DNA of 64,000 nt from a bacterium (lineage in GTDB: Bacteria > UBA8248 > JACPRG01 > G963555815). Below are positions 29,591 to 39,928 of this stretch, one piece after another. The first letter of the stretch is position 1, and each line of letters opens with the position of its first letter. Location: contig OZ244653.1 of NCBI GenBank assembly GCA_965218795.1, positions 4,896,001 to 4,960,000 on the forward strand, given 5' to 3'. Made by a program: the position numbers and the translations under genes. The notes below the pieces were generated by a model, which was not told the DNA's origin, searched no databases, and saw only the letters and a program-made list of their open reading frames with translations.

Positions 29591-30832
29591 TTAGAAGGAG
29601 TATACCCGGACGCGTTCGCCCTGGGCGAGTCCTTCCGTATTGACATCGACGATGATGAACCCGTCGGCCCTGACCATCGTCGAGATCATGCTGGAGCCGC
29701 CGAGGACGGGATGCGCGATAAGACCCCCCCCGTCCCGTTCCAGCCGGACACGGATGTAGTCCTCGCGGCCGGAGGCCGATGGGAGATTTCGGGCCAGGGT
29801 TGCTTCGGTGAAGAAGTTCTCATTTTCGTCCTTTCGTCCGGCCAGACGGTGCACCAGAGGTTTCAGGAACACCTGGAAGACCATCATGTTGGAGACAGGG
29901 TGGCCCGGCACGCCGATCACGGCCTTCTTGCCGATCCGGCCGACAATCAGCGGCTTTCCGGGCTTGACGGAAACACCGTGTATCAGCACTCCCGGTTCGC
30001 CCAGGGAATCGATGATCTCGACGCTGTGGTCCCTCTGACCCATGGAGCTGCCGCCCGACATGAGAATGACGTCGTTCTCCTCGAAAGCCCCACGTACGGC
30101 CGCATCGAGGGCTTTGGGATCATCTCCGACGATTCCCAAAGGAACGGGGATGCCGCCGGCCTCGGTGGCGAGGGCGCTCAGAGTGAATCGGTTGATGTCG
30201 CGGATCTGACCCATCCGCGGGGTTTCGGAAGGGTCCACGACCTCGTCGCCGGTGGCCAGGATGGCCACGCGGGGCTTTCTCCAGACCGGAATGGACGTGA
30301 TGCCGAGACCGCATAAGGCACCGAGGTCCTGGGCGCGCAAGACTGCCCCGGCCTGCAGCACGGTATCGCCGGATTGAATGTCCTGCCCGACCCGGACGAC
30401 GTTCTCATGAGGAGCGGCCCCCCGGGCGATCTGCGCGGTCTCGGGGTCGGCAAAGGACGTGTATTCGTCCATCACCACGGCATCGGCGCCCTTGGGGAGC
30501 ATGCCGCCCGTCGGGATCTTCGCGGTCTGACCGCGTCCAATCTCAAAATCAGGTACCTCGCCCATACGAACGTTTCCCACGAATTCAAGCTGGATCGCGG
30601 AGGATTCGCTGGCGCCCGTGGTCTCCGATGCGCGCACGGCAAATCCGTCCATGGTGGCCCGGTCGAAATCGGGAAGGTTGACCGGAGAGCGTATGTCTTC
30701 GGCAAGGACGCGGCCCAAGGCTTCGGCCGTGGGGACATTTTCGGCGGAGAGGGGTTCGAACTCCTGAATGATGGCCAGCACTTCAGCCGGCGTTGCGACG
30801 TTGAAAAAGTCCTTCATGCGGACCTCCACCAC
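29591..30832 (-). CDS. moeA: Molybdopterin molybdotransferase MoeA (gephyrin-like)
   Basis: Motifs FDRATMDGFAV, PTGG.LP.GADAVVM, TGDE, SGGSS.G.RD and KPGKP. Confidence 0.93.
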   Translation of the reverse strand: MVEVRMKDFFNVATPAEVLAIIQEFEPLSAENVPTAEALGRVLAEDIRSPVNLPDFDRATMDGFAVRASETTGASESSAIQLEFVGNVRMGEVPDFEIGRGQTAKIPTGGMLPKGADAVVMDEYTSFADPETAQIARGAAPHENVVRVGQDIQSGDTVLQAGAVLRAQDLGALCGLGITSIPVWRKPRVAILATGDEVVDPSETPRMGQIRDINRFTLSALATEAGGIPVPLGIVGDDPKALDAAVRGAFEENDVILMSGGSSMGQRDHSVEIIDSLGEPGVLIHGVSVKPGKPLIVGRIGKKAVIGVPGHPVSNMMVFQVFLKPLVHRLAGRKDENENFFTEATLARNLPSASGREDYIRVRLERDGGGLIAHPVLGGSSMISTMVRADGFIIVDVNTEGLAQGERVRVYSF

Positions 30833-30900
30833 ATCATTTGCCAGTCGGAGGCCGAGCGTGAGCCTGTCGCCGGGAGCGTGCTGCCAAGGCTTCGAGCGGA

Positions 30901-31122
30901 CTATGCCTGCTTGCTCTCTCCGCTCTCCCCGGCGGACGTCTCCCGGATTCGCTCGGGATCATCCTTGGCGTCTTGACTGTCCTCCCGACCCGAGACTCCG
31001 GCCTTGAAGCTCTTGATGCCCTTGCCCAGGCCGGTTCCGATCTCCGGCAGCTTCCGTGCTCCGAAGACCACCAGGACGATGATCAGGACGATCAGTATTT
31101 CGGTCATGCCAATACCAAACAT
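30901..31122 (-). CDS. tatA: Twin-arginine translocase TatA/TatE
   Basis: Motif MFGIG..E...[20 protein letters not shown]. Confidence 0.95.
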   Translation of the reverse strand: MFGIGMTEILIVLIIVLVVFGARKLPEIGTGLGKGIKSFKAGVSGREDSQDAKDDPERIRETSAGESGESKQA

Positions 31123-31168
31123 GGTCTCTCACCTTCAGAGATGGGGATGCCGGTCAAAGGCGCCCCTC

Positions 31169-32347
31169 TTAGTTCATATACACTTCCTGGGCCGCCGTCA
31201 GCCCCGCCCCCGGAGCGGATGGAGGATGCCCCGCCTCGGCCAGAAGGGTCTCCATAGCGGAAAGAAGGTAGAGCACATTCCGCCGATCGGAGGCGTAGCC
31301 CATCATGCCTATCCGCCAGATCTTCCCTTTCAGACCTCCCAAACCCCCGCCGACCTCGATGTTAAATTCGTTCAGGAGCCTGCCGCGCAGCGCGGCATCA
31401 TCCGCGCCGTCGGGAATTCGTACCGTGGTCAGAGAGGGCAGGCGATGCTCCGGCTCAACGTGCAGGACGAGGCCCAGGCTTTCAAATCCGGCGTACAAGG
31501 CGGCCGCGTTCAGGCGATGGCGCGCCCACCGCTCCTCAAGCCCCTCCTCCTTCACGATCCGCAGGGCTTCCCGCATGGCGTAAATCATCGACATCGGGCC
31601 GGTATGGTGATAGACGTGGTTCTCGCCCCAGTACTCCTTGATGAGAGAGAGATCCAGATAGAATGAAGGGGGTTTCGTCTTACGCTCGGCCATGACTCCG
31701 ACGGCCCGGTCGTTGATAGTCATTGGCGACAGTCCCGGAGGCGCGCCCAGACATTTTTGAGATCCGCTATAGCAGATGTCGATGCCCCAGTCGTCCACTG
31801 CGAGCTCGACACCTGCGATGGATGTGACAGCATCCACCAAGAACAAAACACCGTACTCCCGACAGAGCTTTCCGATTCCATCCAAAGGCTGAAGAACGCC
31901 GGTGGAGGTTTCCGCATGGACGATGGCCAGGAGCTTGGCATCCTGATTGGCCTTGAGGGCTTCCTCGATAGTCTCCGTCCGGAAGGCCTTACCCCACTCC
32001 TGATCCAGACGGACGACTTCACCGCCGTACCGCTCGGCCATTTCGCACATCCGGGTGCCGAAGAAACCGTGGACCGCGATAATGACTTTGTCGCCGGGTT
32101 CGATCAGCGATCCGAAGCAGGAGTCCATGCCTGAAAACCCTGTTCCCTGAACCGGAAATGTCGTTTTGTTCTTGGTTTGGAAGACGTCGCGAAGGTTCTG
32201 CGCGACCTCGTCCATGACTTCGATGTAGGCCGGGTCGAGATATCCAATCATCGGGTTGTTCATTGCTCGAAGAACACGAGGGTCCGCCAGACTGGGCCCG
32301 GGACCCAGTAGGATTCGTTCGGGAATCGCATCCTGATGATCTTGCAT
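31169..32347 (-). CDS. Alanine-glyoxylate/serine-pyruvate aminotransferase (class V PLP)
   Basis: Motifs LLGPGPS, HAETSTG, VDAVTS, SGSQKCLG.PPG, YHHT and WRIG.MG. Confidence 0.92.
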   Translation of the reverse strand: MQDHQDAIPERILLGPGPSLADPRVLRAMNNPMIGYLDPAYIEVMDEVAQNLRDVFQTKNKTTFPVQGTGFSGMDSCFGSLIEPGDKVIIAVHGFFGTRMCEMAERYGGEVVRLDQEWGKAFRTETIEEALKANQDAKLLAIVHAETSTGVLQPLDGIGKLCREYGVLFLVDAVTSIAGVELAVDDWGIDICYSGSQKCLGAPPGLSPMTINDRAVGVMAERKTKPPSFYLDLSLIKEYWGENHVYHHTGPMSMIYAMREALRIVKEEGLEERWARHRLNAAALYAGFESLGLVLHVEPEHRLPSLTTVRIPDGADDAALRGRLLNEFNIEVGGGLGGLKGKIWRIGMMGYASDRRNVLYLLSAMETLLAEAGHPPSAPGAGLTAAQEVYMN

Positions 32348-32467
32348 GTCGATCCGTCTCCCAGGTGCAGAAAAACTGAATCAAAAGGGGTTACCATTCA
32401 TTTTCAAGCCATTCTTTCACAATCATAGCCCAGGCGAAGGTCCGCGGCAAAGCGTAAGGGCTTCATT

Positions 32468-33616
32468 TCAAATGAATTTTTCCGCAACGGCGTCGGCCAC
32501 GAGCCGCCCGGATGCGGAGAGCCGAATTCGATTCCCCTCCAAGATGACATGTCCGTCATCGACCAGTTCCCGGAGGGTATCGGAGAATTCCTCGAAGGGT
32601 TGAGTGCCCGTTCGCCGGCCGACCGCGCTCAGATCGATACCTTCCCTGATCCGAAGCCCCAGCATCAAAGCCTCTCCCGCAGCCTTTCGAGGGGGGAGGG
32701 ACTCGCTCTCTTCCATGGCGTGACCCTCCCTCAAGACGGCCTCCTGATACTCGGTCGGCAGATTGAAATTTCGTGAACGGACGCCCTTGAGGTAGGAATG
32801 GGCGCCGGCGCCGATGCCCAGATACTCTCCGCCGGTCCAGTAGTTGCAATTGTGAAGGCAGCGAAATCCCGGTCGGGCATAATTGGAAGTCTCATAATGC
32901 TCATATCCCTCGAATTCCAGGCGCGCCTCCGTCCACTGATGCATCGTGTTGAGCCGCTCATCATCCAAGGTGACGCCAAACCGGCGGGCGAGAGGGGTGC
33001 CGGGCTCCAAGGTCAATTCGTACACCGAAAGGTGAGGAGGGCAGAGTTCCACCGCTTCCTTCAGAGATTTCATCCAATCGGAGAGACTTTGCCCGGGAAG
33101 GCCATACATGAGGTCAATGGAGTAGTTTTGAAATCCTGCGTCCAGCATACAATCGATCGCTTTTCGCGCCGTCTCGGCGTCATGCAGACGGCCGAGAAAA
33201 CGAAGTTCGGTGTCGCGAAAAGACTGGACGCCGAGGCTTAATCGATTAATGCCCGCGGCTCGAAGGTCTTCGAGAATTTTCCTGGTCACCGTCCCCGGAT
33301 TGGCTTCCAGGGTCCGTTCCGTCGGCTGTCCGGCTGGTTCCAGGGGCGCCACCTGCTTGAGGAGATCCTGGATAAACTCGGGCGGAGCGAGGGAAGGGGT
33401 TCCTCCTCCGAAAAAGACCGATCGGACCAAGGGCGGGCGTGGCTCGGACCGCCTGGATATTTTTTCCAACCGAACCGCCAACTCTTGCTTCAGGGCCTCG
33501 AAATAGGTCCGGAACAAGTCTGGGTCGCCTCGGCCCACTGCATACGCATTGAAGTCGCAGTAATGGCACCGGCTTGGACAAAATGGCCAGTGAATGTAAA
33601 TGGAATATTCAGACAA
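32468..33616 (-). CDS. hemW: Radical SAM heme chaperone HemW
   Basis: Motifs YIHWPFC..RC.YCDFN, FGGGTPS, EANP, SLGVQSF, YE.SN and HN..YW. Confidence 0.9.
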   Translation of the reverse strand: MSEYSIYIHWPFCPSRCHYCDFNAYAVGRGDPDLFRTYFEALKQELAVRLEKISRRSEPRPPLVRSVFFGGGTPSLAPPEFIQDLLKQVAPLEPAGQPTERTLEANPGTVTRKILEDLRAAGINRLSLGVQSFRDTELRFLGRLHDAETARKAIDCMLDAGFQNYSIDLMYGLPGQSLSDWMKSLKEAVELCPPHLSVYELTLEPGTPLARRFGVTLDDERLNTMHQWTEARLEFEGYEHYETSNYARPGFRCLHNCNYWTGGEYLGIGAGAHSYLKGVRSRNFNLPTEYQEAVLREGHAMEESESLPPRKAAGEALMLGLRIREGIDLSAVGRRTGTQPFEEFSDTLRELVDDGHVILEGNRIRLSASGRLVADAVAEKFI

Positions 33617-33932
33617 CGGTTTGACTCGTTTATGCTGAGGGGATAGCCGATGTGTGCACTCTCCTTAAATGAGTAGTCGAAAAAATGAAAGCGGCAAGCA
33701 TAAAGTGAATCGACTGAAATTATCACGTCAAACGGATATCAACGATTATTCGTGAGCAGCAACCTAACAAAACAATTTTCAGTGGCTTACAGGATGCGGG
33801 AATCTATATTCTGTGCATCGGCTACGGTTGAGTATCAATCTTGCTTTTGGAAATTGTTGAGGCTATTATGGTATCGTGTGTGTGGGCCTCAATATGCGGT
33901 GCGCTGAAAAACCATCGAATTCAAGGGAGCCT

Positions 33933-34484
33933 ATGGAAATGTGGTCAAAATCATCGAACCCGGATAAGACGCCGGATCAGCCTTCCGAGCTGTCCATCGA
34001 CGTCGGTGAGTCCAAGAAATCCCCACCGGCCATGACTTCCACGCCCGCGGGGGGGCCTCAGGCCAAGATCGGAAGGACCATCGTTGTCCGGGGAGAACTC
34101 ACGGGGGGTGAAGATCTGACCATCGAAGGCAGGGTCGAAGGAAAAATCAGTTTGGAGGATCACCACCTGACAGTAGGAGAAACCGGCAATATATCCGCCG
34201 AAGTCATAACAAAGACCGCGACGATCATAGGCCGGATGGAAGGAAACTTGATCGCCAAAGAGAAGCTCGAAATTACAGAATCGGGTTCTGTGATGGGTGA
34301 TATCAAGGCCCCGCGAATCGTCGTTGCCGATGGAGCCAGGCTCAAAGGCTCAGTGGACATGGCCAGTGGAAACGGCTCGACATCGAGAAACTCACCCGTT
34401 GCAGCCTCCTCTCCGAAGCGAAAGGAAGGGGAGACGCCCCAGAAATCCCCCGTCAGCGAAGCCACCGCCCAGAAGGGGTCTTGA
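33933..34484 (+). CDS. Bactofilin (polymer-forming cytoskeletal protein, CcmA-like)
   Basis: Beta-helix repeats IG..IV..GEL.G.EDL.IEG.VEG.I and V.GDI.AP.I.V.DGA..KG.V.M. Start re-called at MEMW. Confidence 0.9.
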   Translation: MEMWSKSSNPDKTPDQPSELSIDVGESKKSPPAMTSTPAGGPQAKIGRTIVVRGELTGGEDLTIEGRVEGKISLEDHHLTVGETGNISAEVITKTATIIGRMEGNLIAKEKLEITESGSVMGDIKAPRIVVADGARLKGSVDMASGNGSTSRNSPVAASSPKRKEGETPQKSPVSEATAQKGS

Positions 34485-34593
34485 AAAGAGCATCGTGAGC
34501 CTCCATTTTTAGAGCTTTTTCCAATCCGGCGAGAAATTCCATCTTGTTGTCTCCGCTCGAATGTCAACCGCTTGACCTGGAGGAAGGGTCGGT

Positions 34594-35349
34594 TTGTTCG
34601 TAGGCAAACGCAGGGAAGCCCATAGGTGGAACGATAAGGTTACCAATGAGTTGTTCCTCTGGAAAAAATTCGTGGCGGACGAATCGCCGGCGGCCACTCC
34701 GGAGCCTGATGAAGAAGACATCGGATATTGTGTATCGAAGGCAATGGGGCCTTTTCTGACCTCGGTCGAGAGATTCGAGCGGCCGACCATTCTGGATCTG
34801 GGGCCCGTCACCAACTGCAACCTCTCATTCTACGGCGATATGGGCTGGAAGGTGTACGCTTTCGATCTGCTCCAGGAGTACAGGGAGGCCGTCGAGAAAG
34901 CCAGGTTGGTGCCCTGGGACGAGGATGAAGGCCCCGATCCAAATCCCATCGGGGAGATCCTGAAAGACTTTCAATATGAGCCCGGTTCCTTGAACGGAGT
35001 CCTTTGCTGGGATGTTCTGGACAAGCTCCCTCCGATTTGGCTCGGGGATTTGCTCCGCCGGTTATCCTTGGCTTTAGAGGGGGGAGGCGTGATCTTCTCG
35101 ATGTTTGGAATGCCATTCGGCGATATCGGTGGCGAGCAATACCGCGGATTTCGTATTCGGGAGGAGAACCGGCTGGAGCCCATACCGGACGTGGGAACCC
35201 GGTTGGAGCCTTACCAGTACGAGAACGGAGACATTATGAGCCTGTTCTTGGACTTCAAGGTCTTGTACTTCTTTTTCATGAAAAACAACGTTCGTGAAAT
35301 TCTCGTCCAGAAGCAACTCCAGGCCAGTCTTAAAGAAGTGACCGCCTGA
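34594..35349 (+). CDS. Class I SAM-dependent methyltransferase-like protein downstream of the bactofilin
   Basis: Motifs ILDLGP, Y.PGSLNGVLCWDVLD and L..GG. The start codon is uncertain. Confidence 0.65.
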   Translation: MFVGKRREAHRWNDKVTNELFLWKKFVADESPAATPEPDEEDIGYCVSKAMGPFLTSVERFERPTILDLGPVTNCNLSFYGDMGWKVYAFDLLQEYREAVEKARLVPWDEDEGPDPNPIGEILKDFQYEPGSLNGVLCWDVLDKLPPIWLGDLLRRLSLALEGGGVIFSMFGMPFGDIGGEQYRGFRIREENRLEPIPDVGTRLEPYQYENGDIMSLFLDFKVLYFFFMKNNVREILVQKQLQASLKEVTA

Positions 35350-35440
35350 CCCGCTTGATTTTTCAAATCAGCCTGTGAAGGAAGGGGATTGGTCCGTCTG
35401 TGGGAGAGGGACTTTCGATGGGGAGCGGGTTCATGAATTT

Positions 35441-38119
35441 CTAGTCCTCCTCCTCCTCCTCTTCTTCGTCCTCCTCCTCTTCGGCAGTGGTGACAACCCC
35501 TTCGGGAATTCCCTTCACCTCTCCTTTTCCGCCGTCGTAATGGAAGAGGTAATCCCGGATCGCGCCGATCTGCTTATTGGCGTCTCCCTTCCAGACCGTT
35601 TCCAAGGGGCTCTGGTCCCCGCTGAAGAAGGTGGGCATTCGGGTCCCCGGCTGAAGTGTTTGCGGGTCCTTCAGCCATTGATCAATCCAGGCGGGACGCA
35701 ATCGGCTCTTGGTCATTCTCAGGTCGGGCGCGAGGTCCGCCAAGGGGACGCCTTCCACGAATCCCTGGTGACATTCCAGGCACTGGAAGTTCTGGAAGAT
35801 GTATTTGCCGACGGCTGAGCTTTCGCGGATGGCCTGATTCGGGTTTTCAGAGGTGACGAACTGGTAGGGGTCCACGAACTGGTAAGGGGTCTTCAGGTCG
35901 ATACCCTTCTCTTGTGCGATGAAGTAGCGGACCAGGTCCGCCGCTTCCTGATCCGTCAATCCGAACTTGGGCATCCAGATGCCATCGTTCAGCGAGGGCC
36001 GCAACGGAATGGGCTTCTTTAGAAAGCTGTACAGCCAATGAGGTTGTACCTTGGCCCCTTCTCCGTTGAGGATGGGCGGCGCGAGATTCTTGTCCTTGTA
36101 GTATTGGCGGACGAATCCCCCCCTATTTTCGATGACGTGACATCCCGTGCAGTTGAATCGTTCCGCGACCCGGCGTCCCCGTTCCAACGCCTCCTCCCGG
36201 TGATGCAAATGTCGGACGAATCTCTCCGGCATATAGTGGCCGTTCCACCTGCGCAGGAATGTCCGGAGGGCACCGACCTCTTTGTCCGTCAGGTAGAAGT
36301 TCGGCATCCGCAGGCTGATCCGGTCCGTGGTGAAGAGGCGGGGATTTTTCAGCTTGGCGAAGACCCACGATTCCCAGTCCTCGTGAATTTCCGTCACATC
36401 GCCGAAGTCCAGCTCGGCCGGACCTTTGTTGGCAAAGGTCGTCAGCTCGACGCTCAGCCGGCCGAGCTTGTCGGTTTTCTCGATGTCGTGGCAGCCATAG
36501 CACCCATAATTCTCCACCAGCCAGCGGCCGCGGCGGATCAGGGCGGGGTCTTCGATCTGGGCGGCGAACTTCGCATTGGCCGGGGCAGGCTTGCCCTTCG
36601 TGAGGAGATAAGCGGCGATGTCCTGCACTTCCTTTTCGGGAAGCTTGAGATTGGGCATCACCGTGCCGGGGTCATAATGGCGGGGGTTTTGAAGCCAGTT
36701 GACCAGCCAGTCCGGCTTGACCTTGGAGGCTACGCGGCTCAGGCTGGGCCCGTGATCGCCGCCCTTCCCATCGATGTTGTGGCAGGCCAAGCAGCCACGG
36801 GTCTCAAAGAGGCGCTTGCCGTTCTTGACGGCTTGTTCGCGATTGTCACCGGTTTTGAACTTGAGAAGAGGCCCCGATGCTGGCAGGCTTTTGGACGCGT
36901 CCAGCAGATAGGCCGTAATCGCCGTCGCCTCGTCAGGCTTGAACGCGAAATAGGGCATCTTGGTTTTCGGCAGGTAGGACCGCGGCTCCAGAATCCATCC
37001 GACCATCCATTCGGGACGGAACTTCTCGGTGGATTTCATGAGCGTCGGTCCGACCTTCGGAAGGTTCTCAAACCCCTGCAAAAGGTGACAGCCATGGCAG
37101 CCCAGCTCTCTGAACATGCGCTGTCCCGCGGAAACCACTGGCGCATCGGGGATTTCCAGCCTTTGGGTATGGCACTTCAGGCAGTTGGTCTGGATGTCAT
37201 CGCCACGCAAAAGGGGCTGTTCCCAGAACTCGAGATGCTCTCCGGTCTTGAGGTCGATCCCGTGGGCTTTGGTCAGGCTGTTCAGGGCTTTGCCTTGCCC
37301 CCCGTGACAGAGGACACATCCGAAGGTCTTGACAGGGTGCTTGCCCAATAGAACGACCCGATTGGGATGCGTCTTGAAGGGGGCCGGGAAGTTTTCAAAG
37401 CCGGCGCGGTCGGCTCCCTGATGACAGGTCTGGCAGCGATCGACGGTGTCGACGGGTTCATTGAAATTGCTGAGTTCGACGCCCTGAATGACAGTCTGGT
37501 GAATGGCGGGCACCCGGCGCTCGATGGCGGCCAGCCTCCGCTTCAGCGCTTCGACCCGGCTTCCGACCTCGAACCTTTCCTTTTCCAATTTCTGGAGGGG
37601 TTCCCGTATTTTCTCCACCGCCTCTTTGGCCATGGCGGCCTGCTCGAGTAACTCGCTCTCGGCGCTTCCCAGCTTGACGGCCCTCGTCTGAATCTCGTCA
37701 AATCGCGCCTTTTCGGCGACGCCGGGCTTTCCTTCATGGATGGCGTGTTTGTATTCGTAGTACGCTTCATCGCGCTCGCTTCGCGTGAATTTGTTCTCCA
37801 GGGAGACTTTTTCCAGATTGACCTCGACGTCCGCGAGGCGGCCTCTGGCCGCCGCCAGCTTTTCGCTGCGGGCCAGTTCCTGCCCGGCCTTTTGGATAGC
37901 CGCCCCAAACCGCGACATCCTGGCTGCCACCTTTGAATTCTCCTGGGCGAGCGATTTGCGGACCGATCCGGCTTCCAGCCGATTGAATTCGGCTTGGTAG
38001 TCTTTCCATGGGCGGCGGTAGGTCACTTCGTCCCAGATGGACCAGATGATGCTGGCCAGCAGGACCATGGCGGTGACGAAAAAGAAGCGTGCTTTTGAGG
38101 ATCTTTCTACTGGCGGCAT
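35441..38119 (-). CDS. Membrane-anchored octaheme cytochrome c of a Rieske/cytochrome b complex
   Basis: Eight CxxCH motifs (CQTCH, CVLCH, CLKCH, CHGCH, CLACH, CYGCH, CTGCH, CLECH). N-terminal TM, long coiled-coil-like region, repeated P...MP distal-Met motifs and an acidic tail. Confidence 0.9.
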   Translation of the reverse strand: MPPVERSSKARFFFVTAMVLLASIIWSIWDEVTYRRPWKDYQAEFNRLEAGSVRKSLAQENSKVAARMSRFGAAIQKAGQELARSEKLAAARGRLADVEVNLEKVSLENKFTRSERDEAYYEYKHAIHEGKPGVAEKARFDEIQTRAVKLGSAESELLEQAAMAKEAVEKIREPLQKLEKERFEVGSRVEALKRRLAAIERRVPAIHQTVIQGVELSNFNEPVDTVDRCQTCHQGADRAGFENFPAPFKTHPNRVVLLGKHPVKTFGCVLCHGGQGKALNSLTKAHGIDLKTGEHLEFWEQPLLRGDDIQTNCLKCHTQRLEIPDAPVVSAGQRMFRELGCHGCHLLQGFENLPKVGPTLMKSTEKFRPEWMVGWILEPRSYLPKTKMPYFAFKPDEATAITAYLLDASKSLPASGPLLKFKTGDNREQAVKNGKRLFETRGCLACHNIDGKGGDHGPSLSRVASKVKPDWLVNWLQNPRHYDPGTVMPNLKLPEKEVQDIAAYLLTKGKPAPANAKFAAQIEDPALIRRGRWLVENYGCYGCHDIEKTDKLGRLSVELTTFANKGPAELDFGDVTEIHEDWESWVFAKLKNPRLFTTDRISLRMPNFYLTDKEVGALRTFLRRWNGHYMPERFVRHLHHREEALERGRRVAERFNCTGCHVIENRGGFVRQYYKDKNLAPPILNGEGAKVQPHWLYSFLKKPIPLRPSLNDGIWMPKFGLTDQEAADLVRYFIAQEKGIDLKTPYQFVDPYQFVTSENPNQAIRESSAVGKYIFQNFQCLECHQGFVEGVPLADLAPDLRMTKSRLRPAWIDQWLKDPQTLQPGTRMPTFFSGDQSPLETVWKGDANKQIGAIRDYLFHYDGGKGEVKGIPEGVVTTAEEEEDEEEEEEED

Positions 38120-38149
38120 GGTTTCACCCGATGTATGGACGAATCATCA

Positions 38150-39046
38150 TTAGATGTTGAACCAGGGCGTCACCCAGATGTACTTGATGTTGAACATGAT
38201 TCTCAGGAGGGCTTTGATGACCAGCGCCATCATCGAGAGGAACAGTAAGGCCTTGATGGCGTACCGTGTGATTCCGACATTCTCGTAACCCCCCGTCTTC
38301 ATTCGATAGACGTACCAGAGGACCCCGAGGAAATAGTACCCCGAGACGAAGAAGGCCCCCGTATGGAAGGAAGGGGAGGTGAGAAACGTATCGATACTGC
38401 CCGCAGGTTCGGTCTTGAACCCAAACAGCTTGAAGGGCAGATCGACATTGGTCAGCGCGACGATCTTATGCGGATCCCACTCCTGACCCGGCAAAAAGAA
38501 GTTCCACCCCGGGCCTCGAAGAAACACACCGTTGATGATCAGGACGACCCAGAGAACGACGAATCCGAAGAGGAAGATGAGAACGGCCACGCGGCGTTCA
38601 CGATAGGTGTAGTAACCGTTTCCCTGGGGGTTGATGTCGATGTAGGGAATGACCATAAGGCCGACAATAATCAGACTGGGGAGTACCACCCCCGCGACCC
38701 AGGGATCGAAATAAACGAGCATTTCCTGGAGTCCCAGGAAGTACCAGGGCGCCTTGGACGGGTTGGGCGTGAGGGAGGGGTTGGCCGGCTCTTCCAGGGG
38801 GGCATCGAGGCCCACGGACCAGACTGTCAACAGAATCATCACGCACAAGGCGCACAGGAACTCCGCGCGCACGAGGTAGGGCCAGACGTGGACTTTATCC
38901 GCCTCCCGCGTCCGAGTCCGCTTCGCCACGCGGAACTGACCCACGGTCTGGGCCGCTGGAGAACCTACCGCTTCCGGGTTTTGAGGATCGGGAGCCTGGC
39001 TGGCCTGGTCTTCCGGATTAACCGGCGTCTTTTTCCCTTTTGCCAT
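38150..39046 (-). CDS. Cytochrome b C-terminal part (subunit IV, PetD/QcrC-like)
   Basis: Motifs VWPYL and PANP..TPNP.KAPWYFLGLQE (PEWY-equivalent), with extra C-terminal TMs. Confidence 0.85.
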   Translation of the reverse strand: MAKGKKTPVNPEDQASQAPDPQNPEAVGSPAAQTVGQFRVAKRTRTREADKVHVWPYLVRAEFLCALCVMILLTVWSVGLDAPLEEPANPSLTPNPSKAPWYFLGLQEMLVYFDPWVAGVVLPSLIIVGLMVIPYIDINPQGNGYYTYRERRVAVLIFLFGFVVLWVVLIINGVFLRGPGWNFFLPGQEWDPHKIVALTNVDLPFKLFGFKTEPAGSIDTFLTSPSFHTGAFFVSGYYFLGVLWYVYRMKTGGYENVGITRYAIKALLFLSMMALVIKALLRIMFNIKYIWVTPWFNI

Positions 39047-39132
39047 GGTTCGATTCGTCTTTCAGCGAGGTCGGCCGGCAGAACACGGCAATCCCCGTTC
39101 CTGTGAGTCCGATCACAACCGGAGCGCGCCCC

Positions 39133-39918
39133 TCAAAGCGGGCCCGAGATGCCTCCGTCTTTCCGAATTCGCCAGAAATGAACGATCATCAATACACCGG
39201 CGACAATGGGCAGGACGATGCAATGGAGGACGTAGAAACGAAGCAAGGCCGGCGGTCCGACAATCGTTCCCCCCAAAAGAACCGATCGCGCGTCATATCG
39301 CGGCGTAACGCCCACCATTTCTGCGAAAGGCCCTTCGTGGCCCAGCAGGGGGGTCGCGCGGGCCATGTTGGTTCCGACGGTGACGGCCCAAATGGAAAGC
39401 TGGTCCCAAGGCAGCAAGTAACCCGTAAAGCTCAACAGCAGCGTGAACACCAGAAGGAGCACGCCGACGACCCAATTGAATTCCCGGGGCGGCTTGTAGG
39501 ATCCCGTCATGAAGACACGGAACATGTGAAGCCAAGTGGTGATGACCATCGCATGAGCCGCCCAGCGGTGCATGTTCCGCATCAGCATGCCGAACGGCGC
39601 GTCGAATTCCAGGTACTTGATATCCGCGTAAGCGTACTCCCCGACCGGCCGATAATAGAACATGAGGATGACGCCCGTGACGGTCAACACCAGGAACATC
39701 AGGAACGTTATCCCACCCATGCACCAGGTAAATCGGACGCGAAGGGCATGCCGCCGGATCTTGGCCGGATGGAGATGAAGCCAAACGTTGTTGGCCACTT
39801 GGAGTACGCGGTTTCGAGGAGTGTCGGCGTATCCATGCCGGAACATGGACTTCCATACGTAGGAATCGAACATCCTCTGAGACAACTCATTCAGACTGGG
39901 CAGCTTCAGTTTCGCCAA
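39133..39918 (-). CDS. Cytochrome b6-like N-terminal subunit (PetB/QcrB-like)
   Basis: Motifs WCMGG (heme ci-type Cys), [17 protein letters not shown] and TGYLLPWDQ. The last His pair is spaced by 14 residues. Confidence 0.93.
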   Translation of the reverse strand: MAKLKLPSLNELSQRMFDSYVWKSMFRHGYADTPRNRVLQVANNVWLHLHPAKIRRHALRVRFTWCMGGITFLMFLVLTVTGVILMFYYRPVGEYAYADIKYLEFDAPFGMLMRNMHRWAAHAMVITTWLHMFRVFMTGSYKPPREFNWVVGVLLLVFTLLLSFTGYLLPWDQLSIWAVTVGTNMARATPLLGHEGPFAEMVGVTPRYDARSVLLGGTIVGPPALLRFYVLHCIVLPIVAGVLMIVHFWRIRKDGGISGPL

Positions 39919-39928
39919 GGCTCGTTCC

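Noticed and set aside
35444-35482. (TCC/TCT)n tract as a contingency microsatellite
   Set aside because: It is an in-frame, mixed-codon poly-Glu/Asp tail of the cytochrome and not a pure repeat.
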